Under the pieces are notes generated by a model. It made no database searches, was not told the origin of the DNA, and saw nothing but the letters and a program-made list of their open reading frames with translations. Both the position numbers and the translations under genes were made by a program. A stretch of 63,103 nt of DNA, filler included, from Octopus bimaculoides (Eukaryota): the NCBI RefSeq assembly GCF_001194135.2. It is 7 parts of 5 records of this genome, joined end to end, with 100 filler letters (N's around TTAATTAATTAA, not from the genome) between each part and the next. Parts side by side here need not be neighbours in the genome. Positions count along the whole stretch, not along the records: positions 38,770 to 41,791 come from NC_068983.1; positions 41,892 to 47,285 come from NC_068989.1; positions 47,386 to 51,129 come from NC_068981.1; positions 51,230 to 57,819 come from NC_068983.1; 3 more parts are not named here. One strand, 5' to 3'. Of the stretch, positions 40,002 to 53,759 are shown piece by piece. The first letter of the stretch is position 1, and each line of letters begins with the position of its first letter.

Positions 40002-41572
40002 TATACTCCAGTGCGTATTTCAGCCTTCTTCATATTTCATTGTATTCAATTTTTCAAACAGCTGCCTTAGGTTTTTGACATAAAACGGATATAACAACCA
40101 TAAAAATAACCATTGATTTTGGGTCACACACATCAAATTGCATCTGTGGGTTAGGCTTCTGCTCAGCAGCTCACAAGATTTGGAGAGTAGGAAGTTAAAT
40201 TTCGTCCCCACTATCTCCAAGTTCGCTCTGGTGTAAGGTGATAATACCTATCCAGGGTACTCGTTATGAAGCAAGTATTTGAAACTGGTTCTCTAGCGAA
40301 AGACATACAGGACTTGGAGTAAGACTGAGCAAGCAGACTTAAGTAGACATGTGTCACATAAGCCCACCGATATGTGCATATGCTCTGTTGTGATGTGAAA
40401 CAGTCTGCTTGCCTACGAGTTACATATGATGTAAGCTTCAACATTTATCTCAGAATAGAAGATTAGAAGTATTAACTGTAAATACACACAGAAGGCAACA
40501 AAAGACCACAACTGTATCTCACCGACGTGAAATCACGAATCTTCATATTATATATGAGGGTCTATGAGTGCCAAGTATGTAGGAATGTCGTATGAAATCC
40601 TACACACACATAGAAGAACTTGTGTGTGTGTGTTTTTTTGTGTGTGTGTGTGTGTGTGTGTGTCTTTGTGTGTTGTGCGCGCGTGCGCGTGTGTGTTTGT
40701 GTCTGCTTGTATGTGTGTGTATGTGTATGTGTGTGTATGTGTATGTGTGTGGGGTGTACACGGCGAAATTCTTCACACTTTCTGGCTTTGAAATTTCAGT
40801 CACAATGCAGAATTAGTAAGCCAACCCGAGGCTGTAGAACAGTTGAATAAGATGCTGGGCCGCAAGAACAGATATGGTTGACTCACATGGTTGCAAAGTG
40901 AAACTTCAAACATCGGGTTTTCTAATAACTTTGATTGTCATAGAAATGGTTAAATACGTGTTAAATGTTATACAAATTAATAGCCACAGTCCAGTCAGTA
41001 TTTTATTGAGTGGTATATTGATTTGTGTTCCATTTTATTCTATTTCCATTAAGAATTCCTGATTCACCATTGAGGAATTCCGTTTCACAGAACTAATTTC
41101 TCTTAGAAATATTTGGTGCTATGACTGATAATTCTTCGACCACTTTTATTCTTGGATTCCCCTAACATGAAACAATATCATCTAATTTAACTAAATATAT
41201 ATGACTCATTCTAATTCTTAGCTCCAGCTAACCGAATCAACAGGATATTAGACTACTATACAACGAGATAATGGTTTGTATTAAGACTTCTTTTTCTTTT
41301 TCGTCCAGTGACAATAAAGAAATGTATACTATGGTTAACTTAATCGGTTGTTTACTTGAAAATGATTTGAAGGTTTGTGCTTTTGTTAGTTCTAACTAGT
41401 AAATATCGTACATATGTAACAAATAATTGATGCTTAGAGGCATTTCTTCGGATTTACGTTCAAGGTCTGAGTTCAGATTCCGCCGCGGTCGGATTTGCCA
41501 TTCATCCTTTCTGGTTCGATGAAATAAGTAAGCACTAGAGTCGATATATTCGACTAGTCCCCTATAGTAGAA

Positions 41573-41574
<2 letters not shown>

Positions 41575-41620
<46 letters not shown>

Positions 41621-41791
41621 GTTCAGTAGTTTTATTTTTATAACGTGCTTTCACTTCACTACCGAGCGCAGCTCTGTGCGCCTTGGGTATGCGCTGTGGT
41701 TTGCTGTGGTGCTCTTATGTTTACTGTATTGAAAGTGTTTTGCGTAGGATGTGTGCAGTGCCCAGTAGTGCAATTTTCTGTATGTTATATA
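41575..41791 (-). mobile_element. 3' end of an R4/Dong-like RLE non-LTR retrotransposon
   Basis: Minus strand YNIQKIALLGTAHILRKTLSIQ* (stop 41721-41723), the LGTA.ILR C-terminal motif of R4/Dong-type elements, then a short 3' UTR and (AAT)n. Truncated by a scaffold join. Confidence 0.75.
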
Positions 41792-43120
41792 NNNNNNNNN
41801 NNNNNNNNNNNNNNNNNNNNNNNNNNNNNNNNNNNTTAATTAATTAANNNNNNNNNNNNNNNNNNNNNNNNNNNNNNNNNNNNNNNNNNNNATATATATA
41901 TATAAATGGTTATACTTATATATGTGGGTAAGTGTGATAAGTTACACGCACTAGCTGAATATGAATAACACTAATATTCTCAAAGAAGTTTATAGCATTT
42001 TGAGTTGAACTGAATTCATTGTCTTTTTAGTATTATTGTTAGTAATCATCTTAGTCTACAGTAATCATCGCAGGGATTCGCTTTCTCAGAGATTAAATAA
42101 AAGTTTACTGTAGCGTCTATTATACTGAAGTATTATTACTTTTCTTTTCGTGGATACATACATATGAACTTATGCTAATGTATATATGTATACTGAACTA
42201 TGAATTTAATTAAAAGTGCCGAGGAAATCTTCACACTAAGTTTGTTCTGCACATCCTCACCTTGTGAAGTGTGTATAATGCTTTAGGTCAAAATCACAGC
42301 TAACAATAATTGCAATATAACGCCACCTACATTATGAAGTAAATTTGATATTCAAATGTAATTGAGCTTTAGGTGGTTTATACTGTAAATATGTGTAAAT
42401 GTTATCTGTTTAGTATTTCTGCTTCGGTGTTCGTTCGTCTCCCTTTGCCACTATAGACAGTTTTCTGTCTTCTCACATTTTCAGTCACCTTCACAATTTC
42501 ATATAGCCATTATTCTGCTCAGTGTTTTCAACTCCCTTTCATTACATACATACATGCATCATACATATATATATATATATATATANNNNNNNNNNNNNNN
42601 NNNNNNNNNNNNNNNNNNNNNNNNNNNNNNNNNNNNNNNNNNNNNNNNNNNNNNNNNNNNNNNNNNNNNNNNNNNNNNNNNNNNNNNNNNNNNNNNNNNN
42701 NNNNNNNNNNNNNNNNNNNNNNNNNNNNNNNNNNNNNNNNNNNNNNNNNNNNNNNNNNNNNNNNNNNNNNNNNNNNNNNNNNNNNNNNNNNNNNNNNNNN
42801 NNNNNNNNNNNNNNNNNNNNNNNNNNNNNNNNNNNNNNNNNNNNNNNNNNNNNNNNNNNNNNNNNNNNNNNNNNNNNNNNNNNNNNNNNNNNNNNNNNNN
42901 NNNNNNNNNNNNNNNNNNNNNNNNNNNNNNNNNNNNNNNNNNNNNNNNNNNNNNNNNNNNNNNNNNNNNNNNNNNNNNNNNNNNNNNNNNNNNNNNNNNN
43001 NNNNNNNNNNNNNNNNNNNNNNNNNNNNNNNNNNNNNNNNNNNNNNNNNNNNNNNNNNNNNNNNNNNNNNNNNNNNNNNNNNNNNNNNNNNNNNNNNNNN
43101 NNNNNNNNNCGTTATTATCA

Positions 43121-43211
<91 letters not shown>

Positions 43212-44375
43212 TACTTTTATTCCTACCTCAGTTCATCTAGTTGTATATATCTATCGTTACTTTTCATAAAAATCCTTTACTTTTTTAATTTCCAATGTGC
43301 ATTTTCGCTTATTTTTCTTCTTACTTCCCCTTACATTCTCACGTGTAGTTTCTATTTTGTTTTTGTAACATATTTCTATTATATATACATAAATATATAT
43401 ATATCAGGAAAATAAGAAAATGGAGAGGATTATCAATCGCCAAACATCAGCCTGTAGATATTTATTTATATCTATTTATTAACTGGCTACAATCATATGT
43501 ATAAGTAATCAAAATAAAAAAAAATATATTAGAATAGATGAGTGAAAAACTACTAAGATCTTACAGCTGTCTCTTCTATCGGGTTGCCCAATCTGCCAAG
43601 TTTTCCACATCATCCCTGTAATATACAGGGATTTTACGAAGGTTGAACAAACATTGGACATGTGTTGGATAATGACTGAGCCCTAAAGCTTCATCAGAGA
43701 GACTATAATGTTAGGAAACTGACATGTGAGGAGGTAAGATAAAATAATAAAATAACATAAAATAATAACATAATAGAAACAGTAAGGAATGGTAAAAACG
43801 TCAAATTCAAGGTGATATCCATAATCCATTGGATTACATCTTATGGATAAGAAAGTCACTTCTAGGAGTAATTTCCACAGGTTATGAGAGTTACATCCTA
43901 TTTCAATTTTACTGGGGAAAATAGCGAGGGTAAAACGTTGTGCAAGTGAGTTAAATGAGATGGTCCATATCACAGGGGTCAAATGTCAGAGGCTAACTGC
44001 TATTTAATAGAGCATCATAAAAAGAATTGAGAAAGTAACTAATGTGAACTTGTTTCGGGAAATCGATACATAAGCACATCAATGAAAGAATAATTGAGGT
44101 AAAAGCTTAGAGCAATGTTATCACTTATATGATCCTAATACCCCTATGAATAGTAGGGTGAGGCCATAGTTAATCGTACAACTTAATTGGTCCGCTAATA
44201 CTTGAAAACAATGGCCTTGTTCAGGTCCGTTAAATCTATCAATGAAATACCTAGTATTCAATTGCGATACTGCCCTGTAATAGTAAGCACGTGGATATAA
44301 ACACGTAGGTATATATCCAGTAGTATATTGGATATCTATTATACCTTAGATGGCTGCTTAACCTCTATCTCATAC

Positions 44376-44406
<31 letters not shown>

Positions 44407-45067
44407 NNNNNNNNNNNNNNNNNNNNNNNNNNNNNNNNNNNNNNNNNNNNNNNNNNNNNNNNNNNNNNNNNNNNNNNNNNNNNNNNNNNNNNNNNNNNNN
44501 NNNNNNNNNNNNNNNNNNNNNNNNNNNNNNNNNNNNNNNNNNNNNNNNNNNNNNNNNNNNNNNNNNNNNNNNNNNNNNNNNNNNNNNNNNNNNNNNNNNN
44601 NNNNNNNNNNNNNNNNNNNNNNNNNNNNNNNNNNNNNNNNNNNNNNNNNNNNNNNNNNNNNNNNNNNNNNNNNNNNNNNNNNNNNNNNNNNNNNNNNNNN
44701 NNNNNNNNNNNNNNNNNNNNNNNNNATATATGTATATATATATATATGTGTATGTGTGTGTGTATATGTTTGAGTGTCTGTGTTTGTTCCCACAACATCG
44801 CTTGACAACCGATGCTGGTGAGTTTACGTCCCCGTACCTTAGCGGTTCGGCAAAAGAGATCGATAGAATAAGTAGTAGGCTTACAAAAAATAAGTCCTGG
44901 GATCGATTTTCTCGACTAAAGGTGGTGTTCCAGCATAGCCACAGTCAAATGACTGAAACAAGTAAAAAAGTAAAAAGAGTAAAGCGTATACATATACATG
45001 CATATATTACAGTTCTATATTTAAGAGATGAGGAATTATGCACATTATTTACATTTCACAGATATTT

Positions 45068-45375
45068 GGTGTCATCAGCATATTGCAGCCATTGGGTTGG
45101 TTTTAGTGGTGTTGATCCTAAATCCAAATTCTCAAAGTATTCCATGTATATATTGGCTATCATCGGTTATAATAGCCAACCCATAACTAAACCATCTTTT
45201 ATTTCGATATATATCAGCGTCCATACTGAAGTAGGTAGTTTCTACACAGAAGGTCAACATTACCATCGAGTTTCTAATCGGTATACTAATGCATTCTTGT
45301 AGATAGGCGTCTGTCACTAGTTTCTCTTGAATCACCGATAGTGCTTTACCAGTTGGGACTTTGGTGAACAGATTT
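45068..45375 (-). mobile_element. Inverted partial copy of the Penelope RT region
   Basis: Reverse complement aligns with 45695-45999 (LFTKVPTG ... QYADD), with many substitutions. Confidence 0.8.
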
Positions 45376-45399
45376 GGGTGAGAGAAAGTTGTCACAGCT

Positions 45400-46870
45400 C
45401 TTCATCAAGAACAAGGATCACTTTATACCAATGAAGTACAGATAACTGACTCAACACTACAGTAAACTACCACGGATGTACGGTCTCCCTAAGATTCAAA
45501 AGAATGGTATTCTATTAAGGCCTATAGTGAGCTGTAGAGGTTGAGCATGTCATCCACTGAGCTGCTTCCTTGTATATATGATTGGTCCATTAGCAGGAAA
45601 GTCAAGATCGTTCGTGAAGAATTACACCCACTTCACAGAATTGATCAAGGATATCCCAACTGAACCTAATCAGATGGTGAGTCGAGACGTGATAAGTCTG
45701 TTCACCAAAGTCCCAACTGGTGAAGCACTATAGGTGATTCTATAGAAACTAGTGACAGACACCCATCTAAAAGAACGAACTAGTATACGAATTAGAAACT
45801 TGATGGAAATGTTGACCTCTGTGTAGAAACGACTTTCTTCAGTATGGACACTGATATATATGGAAATAAAAGAGGGTTTAGCTATGGGTTCACCATTATC
45901 ACCGATAATAGCCACTAAATACATGGAATACTTCGAGAATTTGGCTTTAGGACCAACACCACTAAAACCAACACTATGGGAGCGATATGCTGATGACATC
46001 TTTATACTCTGACCCCCACCAGGAAGATGTCCAAGTGCTGTTAGATTATGTGAAATTAATAAAGCCGTCCATACAGTTCACAATGGAAAAGGAAAAAGAC
46101 AATCAGCTAGCATTCCTGGACGTATTAATAACACGCACCAAGTATGGATTCAGGACATCCGTATACCGCAAGCCGACATTCACTGGACGATACCTCAACT
46201 TCAATTCCCACCATCCGTAGTGTAAAGAGAGGGATTGCTCAGTGCCTAAAACATCGAGCAAAGAATATAAGTAGCGATCGTGATACCCACTACGAAGAAA
46301 TGATCAAACTCAGTAACAATCAATTAAACAACAATTACCCCAAAATATACTATCCACTCCAATTAAGAGAAGAGAGGATGAAACCAATAAACTGTCCACA
46401 GTCTGTCTACCCTGTGTGAAAGGCCTCTCCGAAAAGATGTAAAATATATGCGGCCCATATGACATCAGAACAGTATTCAAGAGTAATACAACACTTCGCA
46501 AATATCTCCTTCGAGTAAAACCACCGATAGAAGAGAATGTGACCAAAAATTGCGTGTACACCATTCCATGCAGCTGTGGTAGGTTATAAAAAGGCGAAAC
46601 ATGCTGCCCATCAAAATAAGGGTAGAGGAACATCGCAAAGCTGTAGCACGAGGAGATGTTGATAAATAGGGTATAGCTGATTATGTACGGAAAAATGGAG
46701 ACCACCACCCCCTGTGGGATGAAGTTAAAATAATAGATAGAGAAAACCACTGAAAAATACGAAAACTAAAAGAAGCAGCACATATACTAGGACAGAGCAA
46801 CCTCCTAAGCAGACCGAGTGCAGAGATGAATAGCATATGGGAAGCGGTATCAAAGAATGATAGGAATATA
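45400..46870 (+). mobile_element. Decayed Penelope-like retroelement, RT plus GIY-YIG endonuclease
   Basis: Motifs YGLPKIQK..LRPIVS, MVSRDVISLFTKVP, AMGSPLSP, RYADD (45983-45997), IQFTMEKE...LAFLDVLI..VYRKPT.TGRYLNFNSHHP, then VYTIPCSCG..KGET..RVEEH..RKLKEA. Multiple stops and frameshifts. Confidence 0.92.
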
Positions 46871-46911
46871 TTAGATTTATAAGCCCTAAACTTCACTCCA
46901 TAATTACCCAC

Positions 46912-46982
46912 GGGCATATCGCTTAGTGGTTAAGAGCACGGGCTACTAATCCCGAGCTTCCAATTACGATTCCAGGCAGTGA

Positions 46983-47066
<84 letters not shown>

Positions 47067-47280
47067 TAATAATAATGATAATAATGATAACAATAATAAT
47101 AATAATAATAATAATGATAATAATAATAATAATAATAATGATAATAAAAGCATGGAAAAATACCTTAGGTTCGAAATTTTCCCAAGACACCTGATGAAGG
47201 CTGGAGTGTATATCAGTCGAAAAGTAGTGTTAACAACAAAGAGGATGAGGACAAATATCCGTCAAATGTAAATAATGTAT
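46912..47280 (+). mobile_element. 3' terminal module of the Penelope element: tRNA-like head, (AAT)n, hammerhead motif
   Basis: Starts ~45 bp after the end of the GIY-YIG reading frame; same module as the solo copy at 13172-13421. Confidence 0.75.
47186..47231 (+). ncRNA. Minimal type I hammerhead ribozyme motif, partly mutated
   Basis: GACAC CTGATGA A GGCTG gagtgtatat CAGTC GAAA AGTA GTGTT: stem I GACAC/GTGTT, core CUGAUGA and GAAA, and stem II GGCUG/CAGUC all present. Helix III palindrome reads AAGT instead of ACGT. Confidence 0.7.
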
Positions 47281-48367
47281 ATATANNNNNNNNNNNNNNN
47301 NNNNNNNNNNNNNNNNNNNNNNNNNNNNNTTAATTAATTAANNNNNNNNNNNNNNNNNNNNNNNNNNNNNNNNNNNNNNNNNNNNATATATAATACAAAG
47401 AATATATATGCATGTATACACACATATATGTACATATTTACATCTACATGTGTATATAGATGCATATCAAGGGTACAGGACGTTAGAACAATGAACTACA
47501 GACAACGGAACGAACACATAGGAAAACAGATAGCCACTTGGAATAAATCCTTCGTCAGCTGCCTCTATTCTAACTGGACGTTTCCATACATGTATGGGTG
47601 CTGGACGTCACCAACAGTGCAAATAACATGAAATACGTAAACAAACGAGGGAAAACGAATGAAATACGTAAACAACGAGGCAAAAAATGGAAAACAGGAC
47701 AAATTAACACAGAGAAAGGACCCTTCATCAGTTATCGGCTGTCTATCTACTCCTCATTTCGAGCATTCAATGACAATATGAGTCTTCAAAGACAGTTGCT
47801 CCTATAATTTCTAAAATAAATGTTTGAGAGGGTCAAAGTTGGGAACAAAAAAAAATGACAGCGGAGACGTAGAAGGTAACCGGGTATAGAAATGTCTGTA
47901 TGTGAGAAAGAATGAAAAATAAAATTTTAAATAAAAAAAAACCTTATTCTGGTTATACTAGTAAAAGGGCCGAAAGGAACTCAAATTCTCAAAACTTGAA
48001 GTCACACCACTTGATATTGCAAGAATTATCCGCCTCTGCTAAAACAGCCCAACAAAATTTTACTAAATGCCGAAAAGATGCAATAACAAAAATGGAATTA
48101 TTACACTAAGAAATATCGCTCTAGACACACACACACACACACACACACACATGCGTGTGTGTGTGTCTGTGTGTACATACACATACATACGCACATATGT
48201 ATGTGCATGCACTGGCATGTCTGGGTGTTAAGAAGGTTGCTTCCCAACCACATGGTTCCGGGTTCAGTCACACTGCGTGGTACCTTGGGCAAGTGCTTTC
48301 TACTATAGCCTCGGGTTGACCAAATCCTTGTGAGTGGATTTGGTAGACGGAAACTGAAAGAAGACCG

Positions 48368-48435
<68 letters not shown>

Positions 48436-49357
48436 CAATATTAGGGACNNNNNNNNNNNNNNNNNNNNNNNNNNNNNNNNNNNNNNNNNNNNNNNNNNNN
48501 NNNNNNNNNNNNNNNNNNNNNNNNNNNNNNNNNNNNNNNNNNNNNNNNNNNNNNNNNNNNNNNNNNNNNNNNNNNNNNNNNNNNNNNNNNNNNNNNNNNN
48601 NNNNNNNNNNNNNNNNNNNNNNNNNNNNNNNNNNNNNNNNNNNNNNNNNNNNNNNNNNNNNNNNNNNNNNNNNNNNNNNNNNNNNNNNNNNNNNNNNNNN
48701 NNNNNNNNNNNNNNNNNNNNNNNNNNNNNNNNNNNNNNNNNNNNNNNNNNNNNNNNNNNNNNNNNNNNNNNNNNNNNNNNNNNNNNNNNNNNNNNNNNNN
48801 NNNNNNNNNNNNNNNNNNNNNNNNNNNNNNNNNNNNNNNNNNNNNNNNNNNNNNNNNNNNNNNNNNNNNTGTGTGTGTGTGTGTGTATATACATACACAC
48901 ATATATACACCCTGTCTCCGTCTATTTCTTTCTTTCTTTCTCTCTCACATACATACATACGTGTGTGTATGGGGGTGGTGGTCTTTGTGTCTCTGATTGT
49001 CCCCCATCACCGCTTGATAACAACTTGTTACCGTAACTTAAGCTTGTTCGGTTCGAATAAGTCCTGGGATCGATTTGCTCGACTAAAAAAGGCGATGCTC
49101 CAGCATGACCGCCGTGAAATGCCTGAAACAAATGAAAGCATTAAAGAATATATTTCATCACTATAAGCTATAATTGACGTTTAATGCCAGGAGGTTCAAA
49201 CAATTACGATAACTATATTATTCGATAGGAAACTATAACGATGTTTTCCTCAACGCGAAGAAGCGAACCTCACGCAGCCTGCCTCAAATATCTAATTCTG
49301 CGTATTACAAATTTGGAAGCTAACATGTATTTAGACACATAGACGCTTGCTCGTACA

Positions 49358-49399
<42 letters not shown>

Positions 49400-49750
49400 G
49401 ACACAAACATACACGCACGCACACATAAGCCAGCACGCATACGGACACATATACACAGATATCTTATTTAGTTGTTGACTGGTCGTCATATAGACATGCA
49501 TTTATCCATATTTCTTGCACATGCATCTGCGCACACACACACACACACAAATGGTAACACCAATACACACACATTTATATATATATAACTTTTTTCCTCT
49601 ACGTAATTTTTTTGTTTTTTGATAATCTAACTTGTGGTATAATCATCCACCTACACAATCCCTTTATTCATCTAATTATCTTTCTGTCTATCTATTTCAC
49701 TCGCTCTCTCTATCAATCTATCTCTCTTTCTCTTAGCCTCTGTGCATCAC

Positions 49751-49788
<38 letters not shown>

Positions 49789-50121
49789 CCCTCTCCCTCT
49801 CTTGCTATCTTTCTGTCTGTCTATTCCTCTCTAATATCTCCCCTCTCTGTATTTTCGTTCTTTCCGTCTTTCTTTCCATTCCAAACGCGCCGAAGTGCTT
49901 GCGTTTGGATGTAACAGTTGGCTTCTAATTTTTACATTTTTAATCTCTTCTCTCTCACACACACATACACCCTGTCTCTGTCTATTTCTTTCTTTCTTTC
50001 TTTCTTTCTCTCTCTCACATACACACACTTCCTGTCTCACACATAGATACACACACACATACATACACTGTCTCTCGAACGTGTAATCTGTCTCGCATAC
50101 AAACACATACTAACGCATTTG

Positions 50122-50166
<45 letters not shown>

Positions 50167-50373
50167 GCCCTCCCTTCCTATCACATTTTCCCCTCTCTAT
50201 CTCTCTTTCTGCCTGTCGTACGTACACATTTCCTTTTCCTCTCCCACTTAACCTCACACATTTTCTCATACACACAGACAGATACACACTCTCTCTATCT
50301 CTCTCTCTCTCTGTCTGTCTGTCTCCCTCTCACTCTCTCTCTCACACATGCATCAGATACTGTCTCAGTTTCT

Positions 50374-50414
<41 letters not shown>

Positions 50415-50630
50415 CATTCATATACATACACTAACACACACACACTCATGTTCTTACTCTTTCTCGCTCCTCTCTCTCACAAAACACTATTTGTATCTCT
50501 CTCTCTCTCGCTCTTTTCCTCTCTAATACACTGTTCTATACCTCATACATACACATACAGCACACAATTACACTCACTTTCATTCAGACATTCCCACTCT
50601 ACATCTCTCCTCTCTCACACAAAACACTGC

Positions 50631-50669
<39 letters not shown>

Positions 50670-50958
50670 GCTCGCTCGCTCGCTACACACATACGCTCAC
50701 TGTCTCATTCTCTCCTACTCACACTCACTGTCTCATTCTCTCCTACTCACACTTTCCCCTCTCTTATGCCTATCTAGCTATCAGTGTTTATGTATGCTGC
50801 AGGTCGTGATAACCCAGACACTTTTGCCGACCTATCGTTAGCAGACACTCCTATGAAGTCACTCTGCACTCTAGTGTTTTGTGTTTTTAACAGGTTTCCT
50901 TTAGTACTGCTGCTGCTACTTCTGCCTGTGAGAACGCCCTCCTCCTTATAAGCCACAC

Positions 50959-51009
<51 letters not shown>

Positions 51010-51229
51010 GCACACACACACACGCGTATATATATATATATGCACACACACGTATATATATATATATATATAATAATTTTTTTCCAGAGGAAGTCTCTGT
51101 CTCTTTTGAATACGAAAATTTAAAAGTTTNNNNNNNNNNNNNNNNNNNNNNNNNNNNNNNNNNNNNNNNNNNNTTAATTAATTAANNNNNNNNNNNNNNN
51201 NNNNNNNNNNNNNNNNNNNNNNNNNNNNN

Positions 51230-51262
<33 letters not shown>

Positions 51263-51407
51263 CGCGTGTGTTTATGTATATGCATGCATTTATATATATA
51301 TCCCATATGTATGTATATATATATGTGAGTGGGCGTGTGTATACGTATATCTATATACGTATACACACACACACACACATATATATATATACATTTATCT
51401 GTATACA

Positions 51408-51450
<43 letters not shown>

Positions 51451-53759
51451 TGTATGGAAATAAACAGTCTGTGTATACACGTTCAGAATTAGAAGTGTCA
51501 ATACCTGACTGAGTGCGTGCAAATGTGCATGGAGCTTTCATGGTAATTTATTGAAGAAAACAATCTTCGAACGAATGTCGGATGTTGCAAACAGGAATAC
51601 GGAAATATCAACGATATTTCAATAGCAGAATATCAATAAGTAGAATAACATACATCCAAATTAACAATAGAATCTTTATTGTGGAATTGAGTCATGATGA
51701 AAAAAACTTGTTACCAACAGTAGAATCAAATAAACATTATCTTGAATTTCCTTTTAAGTAAGCTTCCCTGAAATAATGCTAACATTCTTCCGAATCAATT
51801 TCTAAGGAATATTTGGTGCCTATAATTAAAATACATTTTGAAAAAATAGTTTTCATAACCCTGCATAAACACACACGCACACATAAATACAGACCCTACC
51901 ACACACAGACACTACCCATATACACATACACAGACGCACCCTCTACGCACAAACGCATACTACATGGACTTACCTACATACGTACCTACGTACGTACTTA
52001 CATACACACGTACATACATATATACATAGATGCATATATACATAATTGGAGCTTTTATTTTTTTTAGAACCAACACAATATATATATATATATATATANN
52101 NNNNNNNNNNNNNNNNNNNNNNNNNNNNNNNNNNNNNNNNNNNNNNNNNNNNNNNNNNNNNNNNNNNNNNNNNNNNNNNNNNNNNNNNNNNNNNNNNNNN
52201 NNNNNNNNNNNNNNNNNNNNNNNNNNNNNNNNNNNNNNNNNNNNNNNNNNNNNNNNNNNNNNNNNNNNNNNNNNNNNNNNNNNNNNNNNNNNNNNNNNNN
52301 NNNNNNNNNNNNNNNNNNNNNNNNNNNNNNNNNNNNNNNNNNNNNNNNNNNNNNNNNNNNNNNNNNNNNNNNNNNNNNNNNNNNNNNNNNNNNNNNNNNN
52401 NNNNNNNNNNNNNNNNNNNNNNNNNNNNNNNNNNNNNNNNNNNNNNNNNNNNNNNNNNNNNNNNNNNNNNNNNNNNNNNNNNNNNNNNNNNNNNNNNNNN
52501 NNNNNNNNNNNNNNNNNNNNNNNNNNNNNNNNNNNNNNNNNNNNNNNNNNNNNNNNNNNNNNNNNNNNNNNNNNNNNNNNNNNNNNNNNNNNNNNNNNNN
52601 NNNNNNNNNNNNNNNNNNNNNNNNNNNNNNNNNNNNNNNNNNNNNNNNNNNNNNNNNNNNNNNNNNNNNNNNNNNNNNNNNNNNNNNNNNNNNNNNNNGA
52701 ACTTGAAAGGGACGAAGGTTCGCGTGTTTGCTCGGCGATAGCCAAGGAAGAAAAGGATTATTGACCGGAAGCATGTGACCATGCCGGTGTAAGGGGAAGA
52801 GAGAGTGGTAAAGGGAGAAACAAAGGGAGGAAGTAGAAGAATAGGTGAGCAACGAGAGGAAAAGAGAAACAGAGGAAGTAAAGAGGAAGAACGAGAGGGG
52901 GGAAAATGATAGAGGAAGAGAAAGAGAAAGAGATAGAGTAGCGTCGGAAGATATAAGTTTACGAAAACTACTTACAATTGGAGACGCCGCGTTCAGTCAT
53001 GTAAAAACAAATAGTAAATGAGTATATGCATATATATGTACAGACGAGAAAAATTATGTGTGTATGAACGCTGTGAGCTATACATTGTGGATTCAATCCC
53101 CTGTAAACAAAATGACAGTCTAAGATTAATTCTATACTGTGAATATCTGTATCTTATCTCCAGACGGTATATATATATATAGTATACACAGAGAAAATTA
53201 CATCAAATAAAATAATTAAAATAACACAATAAAATTAGTTGAATAAATATATCTCACCTTTTAATAATTTGTGAAGTAAGAAGGTACTACAAATAATCGC
53301 TACACGTGTTTCTGCGCTGCTGGGGTGTTTATTGAGGCTATACTTAATATAAAAATCCACCAGTACGTCCTTAGGTTATGTATATTATTATTATTATGTA
53401 CGGGTAAAAGTTAAAGATTAAAAGTTAAAAATCATATTAAAAATAGAATAAAAATAAAAATTACAAATATATTTGTAAAAATATTAAATACCTAAAGTAC
53501 AAATTAAGATATATATTGAAAATGCTCTAAGAAAATTATTAATGATTAACTTAGAAATATTTAAAATCCTATAATATATCTGAAGGTTTATAAAATGTTC
53601 ATAAAATAGATAAGTGAAATGCTCAGTCCAATATTTAATGATAACCTCATGATCCTTGAAGATCTTTTGACTTAAGTGTTACTACAAAATTAGACCGAGG
53701 ACCAAATAGTTGTCAGATTATTTGATACGGTTTCTGCATTTTTTCAGAAATATCCGACC

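Noticed and set aside
43602-43630. Short hairpin ATCCCTGTA-ata-TACAGGGAT followed by TTT
   Set aside because: A 9-bp stem with no supporting context; expected by chance or from a TE fragment.
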